Part shown: piece by piece, positions 22,110 to 24,000 of the stretch
Layout of the letters: each line of letters starts with the position of its first letter
How positions within the stretch are numbered: the first letter of the stretch is position 1
From: Bacteroidales bacterium
Lineage (GTDB): Bacteria; Bacteroidota; Bacteroidia; Bacteroidales; UBA5342
Reading direction: 5' to 3'
Length of the DNA: 24,000 bases
Assembly (NCBI GenBank): GCA_963664145.1
Contig: OY760906.1
Coordinates: 881,725-905,724, forward strand
Notes under the pieces: model-generated
Database searches by the model: none
Told to the model about the DNA's origin: nothing
The model's input: the letters and a program-made list of their open reading frames with translations, nothing else
Position numbers and translations under genes: made by a program

Positions 22110-24000
22110 ATGAAAGATCAGAAGTTTATCATAGCAACTATATTCTTGTTTATAATGATGCTTGTTCAGCCTTGTTATTCGCAGCAGGATACCTCCGATT
22201 TTCATCGTCCTAAGGTGGGATTGGTATTGAGTGGAGGAGGGGCAAAAGGTTTAGCTCATATTGGGGTGTTAAAGGTATTGGAAGAGGCAGGCATTACTCC
22301 CGACATTATTACCGGAACCAGTATGGGAAGTATAATGGGAGCGATGTATGCTGCCGGTTATACTGCTGATGAATTAACCGAAGTTAACAAAAATGCTAAT
22401 TGGGATGTATTGTTAGCCGATAGAATAAAATATTCAACGGTGGCGATATATGAAAAATCAGAAACTCAAAAATATTTGGTGCAAATCCCCATTATCGGGA
22501 CTAAGATAGGATTACCCGAAGGATTAATAGAAGGGCAAAATTTGGAAGCGCATTTCTCTGATTTATTATGGCCTCTGACCTCGGAACAGAATTTTGACAG
22601 TTTGGCAGTTCCGTTTCATTGTGTTGCGGTAGATCTAATATCCGGTGAACCTGTAGAGTTGACATCGGGTGATTTGGTAAAATCGATACGTTCCAGTATG
22701 TCTATTCCAACGGTTTTTGCGCCTATTCATATGGACTCTATGCTTCTCGTGGATGGTGGTGTGATGTGTAATTTTCCGGTGCAGCAGGCAATTGATATGG
22801 GAGCTGATATCATTATAGGGGTGTATTTGGGGTACGATGAAAATGCTAAGATCGAGGATATATCTTCAATGACTGACGTTATTCAGCGCACTTCGGTGCT
22901 TAGTGGTATTGTAAATGCACGAGAGCAATTTCCGAAATGTGATGTTCTGATCGTGCCTGATTTGGAGGGTTATACGGCTGCTGATTTTAATAAAGGAGCT
23001 ATAATACAGCAGATTGGCGAAGAAAGTGCGCGCATGCAAATGGATGAATTAAAAGCATTAGCAGAAAAATATCATCTTAGTTATCATCCATTAAAGAAAA
23101 TAGAACGACCGGAGAAAATTCGGATTACTAAAATTGAGGTTGATGGGTTGAAATATTTGAGTGATAATTTTGTTATTATGAAATCTGCCATAAAACACAA
23201 CCAAATGGTGAATTATCAAGAGATTGATGAAGCTGTTAATTTTCTGTATGGCAGTTCGTATTTTACTAAGTTAACCTATTCATTAAAGTATGACAGTGAA
23301 AGTAACAATGACGGATATGTCTTAACATTTCACGCTAAAGAAAGCCCACGAGCCCTTTATAAACTGGCTCCCTATTATGATATGCAAGAGGGTGTTGGCA
23401 TTGTGAATAATTTCACGTTACGTAATGTTCTTTTCCCATCATCACGATTATTGATTTCATTGAACATTGCAGAAAATCCGGGGGCAGAAGTTTCTTTAAC
23501 TGCTTTTTTGGGTAAAAGGCAACGTCTTTTTTACACTTATTATACTAATACGTATCTAGACGAAGTGCCATATTTTGAAGAAGGGGATAAAATGGGAAGT
23601 TATAAAAATATATACCATGATGAAGTATTTGGATTGAGGTATCTTTTGGGATTAAATCATGAGATTGGAGGTAATATGTTTTTTAAATTTAATAAGCTAA
23701 CTCCTAATTCGGATATGGATAAGATTTTTGAAAAAAATTCTTTCAACTATTTTAAATCAGGAGAAAATGGGATTGATTTCTTTTATAAAATAAATACAAC
23801 CGATGATTTGTACTTTCCTAAAAAAGGGATAAAATTTGAGGCTGATTATGCGTATTATTACAACATAGAAGCAAAACTTAAATCGGATACAGTCAAAGAA
23901 GAATACTTTTTAGAGATTTATGATAAGCCTTATTCTACTTTAAGTGCTTCTTATGATATGTACCGAACTTTTGCTAAAAGAATTACATTCAATTTTGGGG
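22110..24000 (+). CDS. Patatin-like phospholipase with POTRA and Omp85/BamA-like C-terminal barrel (PlpD-like), 3' end cut by window edge
   Basis: Not in the supplied ORF track because it has no in-window stop. I translated it by hand: MKDQKFIIATIFLFIMMLVQPCYSQ (signal), VGLVLSGGGAKGLAHIGV (oxyanion GGGxxG), GTSMG (GxSxG lipase serine), LLVDGGV (catalytic Asp), then the POTRA-like ITKIEVDGLKYLSDNFV...YVLTFHAKE and beta-strand-rich sequence. The frame is open to base 24000. Confidence 0.9.
   Translation, partial: MKDQKFIIATIFLFIMMLVQPCYSQQDTSDFHRPKVGLVLSGGGAKGLAHIGVLKVLEEAGITPDIITGTSMGSIMGAMYAAGYTADELTEVNKNANWDVLLADRIKYSTVAIYEKSETQKYLVQIPIIGTKIGLPEGLIEGQNLEAHFSDLLWPLTSEQNFDSLAVPFHCVAVDLISGEPVELTSGDLVKSIRSSMSIPTVFAPIHMDSMLLVDGGVMCNFPVQQAIDMGADIIIGVYLGYDENAKIEDISSMTDVIQRTSVLSGIVNAREQFPKCDVLIVPDLEGYTAADFNKGAIIQQIGEESARMQMDELKALAEKYHLSYHPLKKIERPEKIRITKIEVDGLKYLSDNFVIMKSAIKHNQMVNYQEIDEAVNFLYGSSYFTKLTYSLKYDSESNNDGYVLTFHAKESPRALYKLAPYYDMQEGVGIVNNFTLRNVLFPSSRLLISLNIAENPGAEVSLTAFLGKRQRLFYTYYTNTYLDEVPYFEEGDKMGSYKNIYHDEVFGLRYLLGLNHEIGGNMFFKFNKLTPNSDMDKIFEKNSFNYFKSGENGIDFFYKINTTDDLYFPKKGIKFEADYAYYYNIEAKLKSDTVKEEYFLEIYDKPYSTLSASYDMYRTFAKRITFNFG

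Noticed and set aside
1-24000. A search by eye for rRNA, tRNA, tmRNA, integrase/transposase genes, cas genes, reverse transcriptase and att-like long direct repeats.
   Set aside because: I recognised none of these. No tRNA-like T-arm (GTTCGAATC-type) context was found, and no ORF has recombinase or transposase motifs. The only nuclease-like accessory gene is the DUF559 ORF.

Overview
AT-rich, Bacteroidota-type chromosomal window. Supporting signs are an HTCS regulator architecture, TAnnTTTG -7 promoter boxes and no Shine-Dalgarno sequences. Every gene I accept is on the + strand.

Left third: the 3' part of a GH2 glycosidase (its 5' end is cut by the window edge), a 1307-aa hybrid two-component sensor/regulator, a small orphan secreted ORF, and an NhaD-type Na+/H+ antiporter.

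Middle (8.4-17.8 kb): a menaquinone operon in the order hotdog thioesterase, menF, menD, [truncated KilA-N gene], menB, [570-bp repeat-rich non-coding gap], menA, [DUF559 nuclease gene], menC, menE.

Right third: an MNT/HEPN toxin-antitoxin pair with its own promoter, a 650-aa U32-family protein with a four-Cys Fe-S motif, a beta-barrel OMP candidate, and a patatin-POTRA-barrel phospholipase. The phospholipase ORF runs off the 3' edge and is missing from the supplied ORF track.

The most unusual content is non-coding. The men operon is punctuated by a family of ~140-180 bp elements whose two ends are inverted repeats, each end carrying a GC-rich CCCCTC-N4-GAGGGG hairpin. There are four full copies plus at least two relics and one related 26-bp perfect palindrome. 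The copies are arranged as two tandem [repeat-DUF559-repeat] units flanking menC: one unit has an intact Vsr-fold DUF559 nuclease gene, the other a deleted remnant. I read this as a candidate REPIN/RAYT-like selfish system that uses an unrelated nuclease. That is a hypothesis only.

Other structures not explained by gene calls are a triple hairpin tandem array just upstream of menA, heptamer (GTGAATK) tracts directly after stop codons, and a second weak dispersed repeat. No rRNA, tRNA or CRISPR array was recognised.
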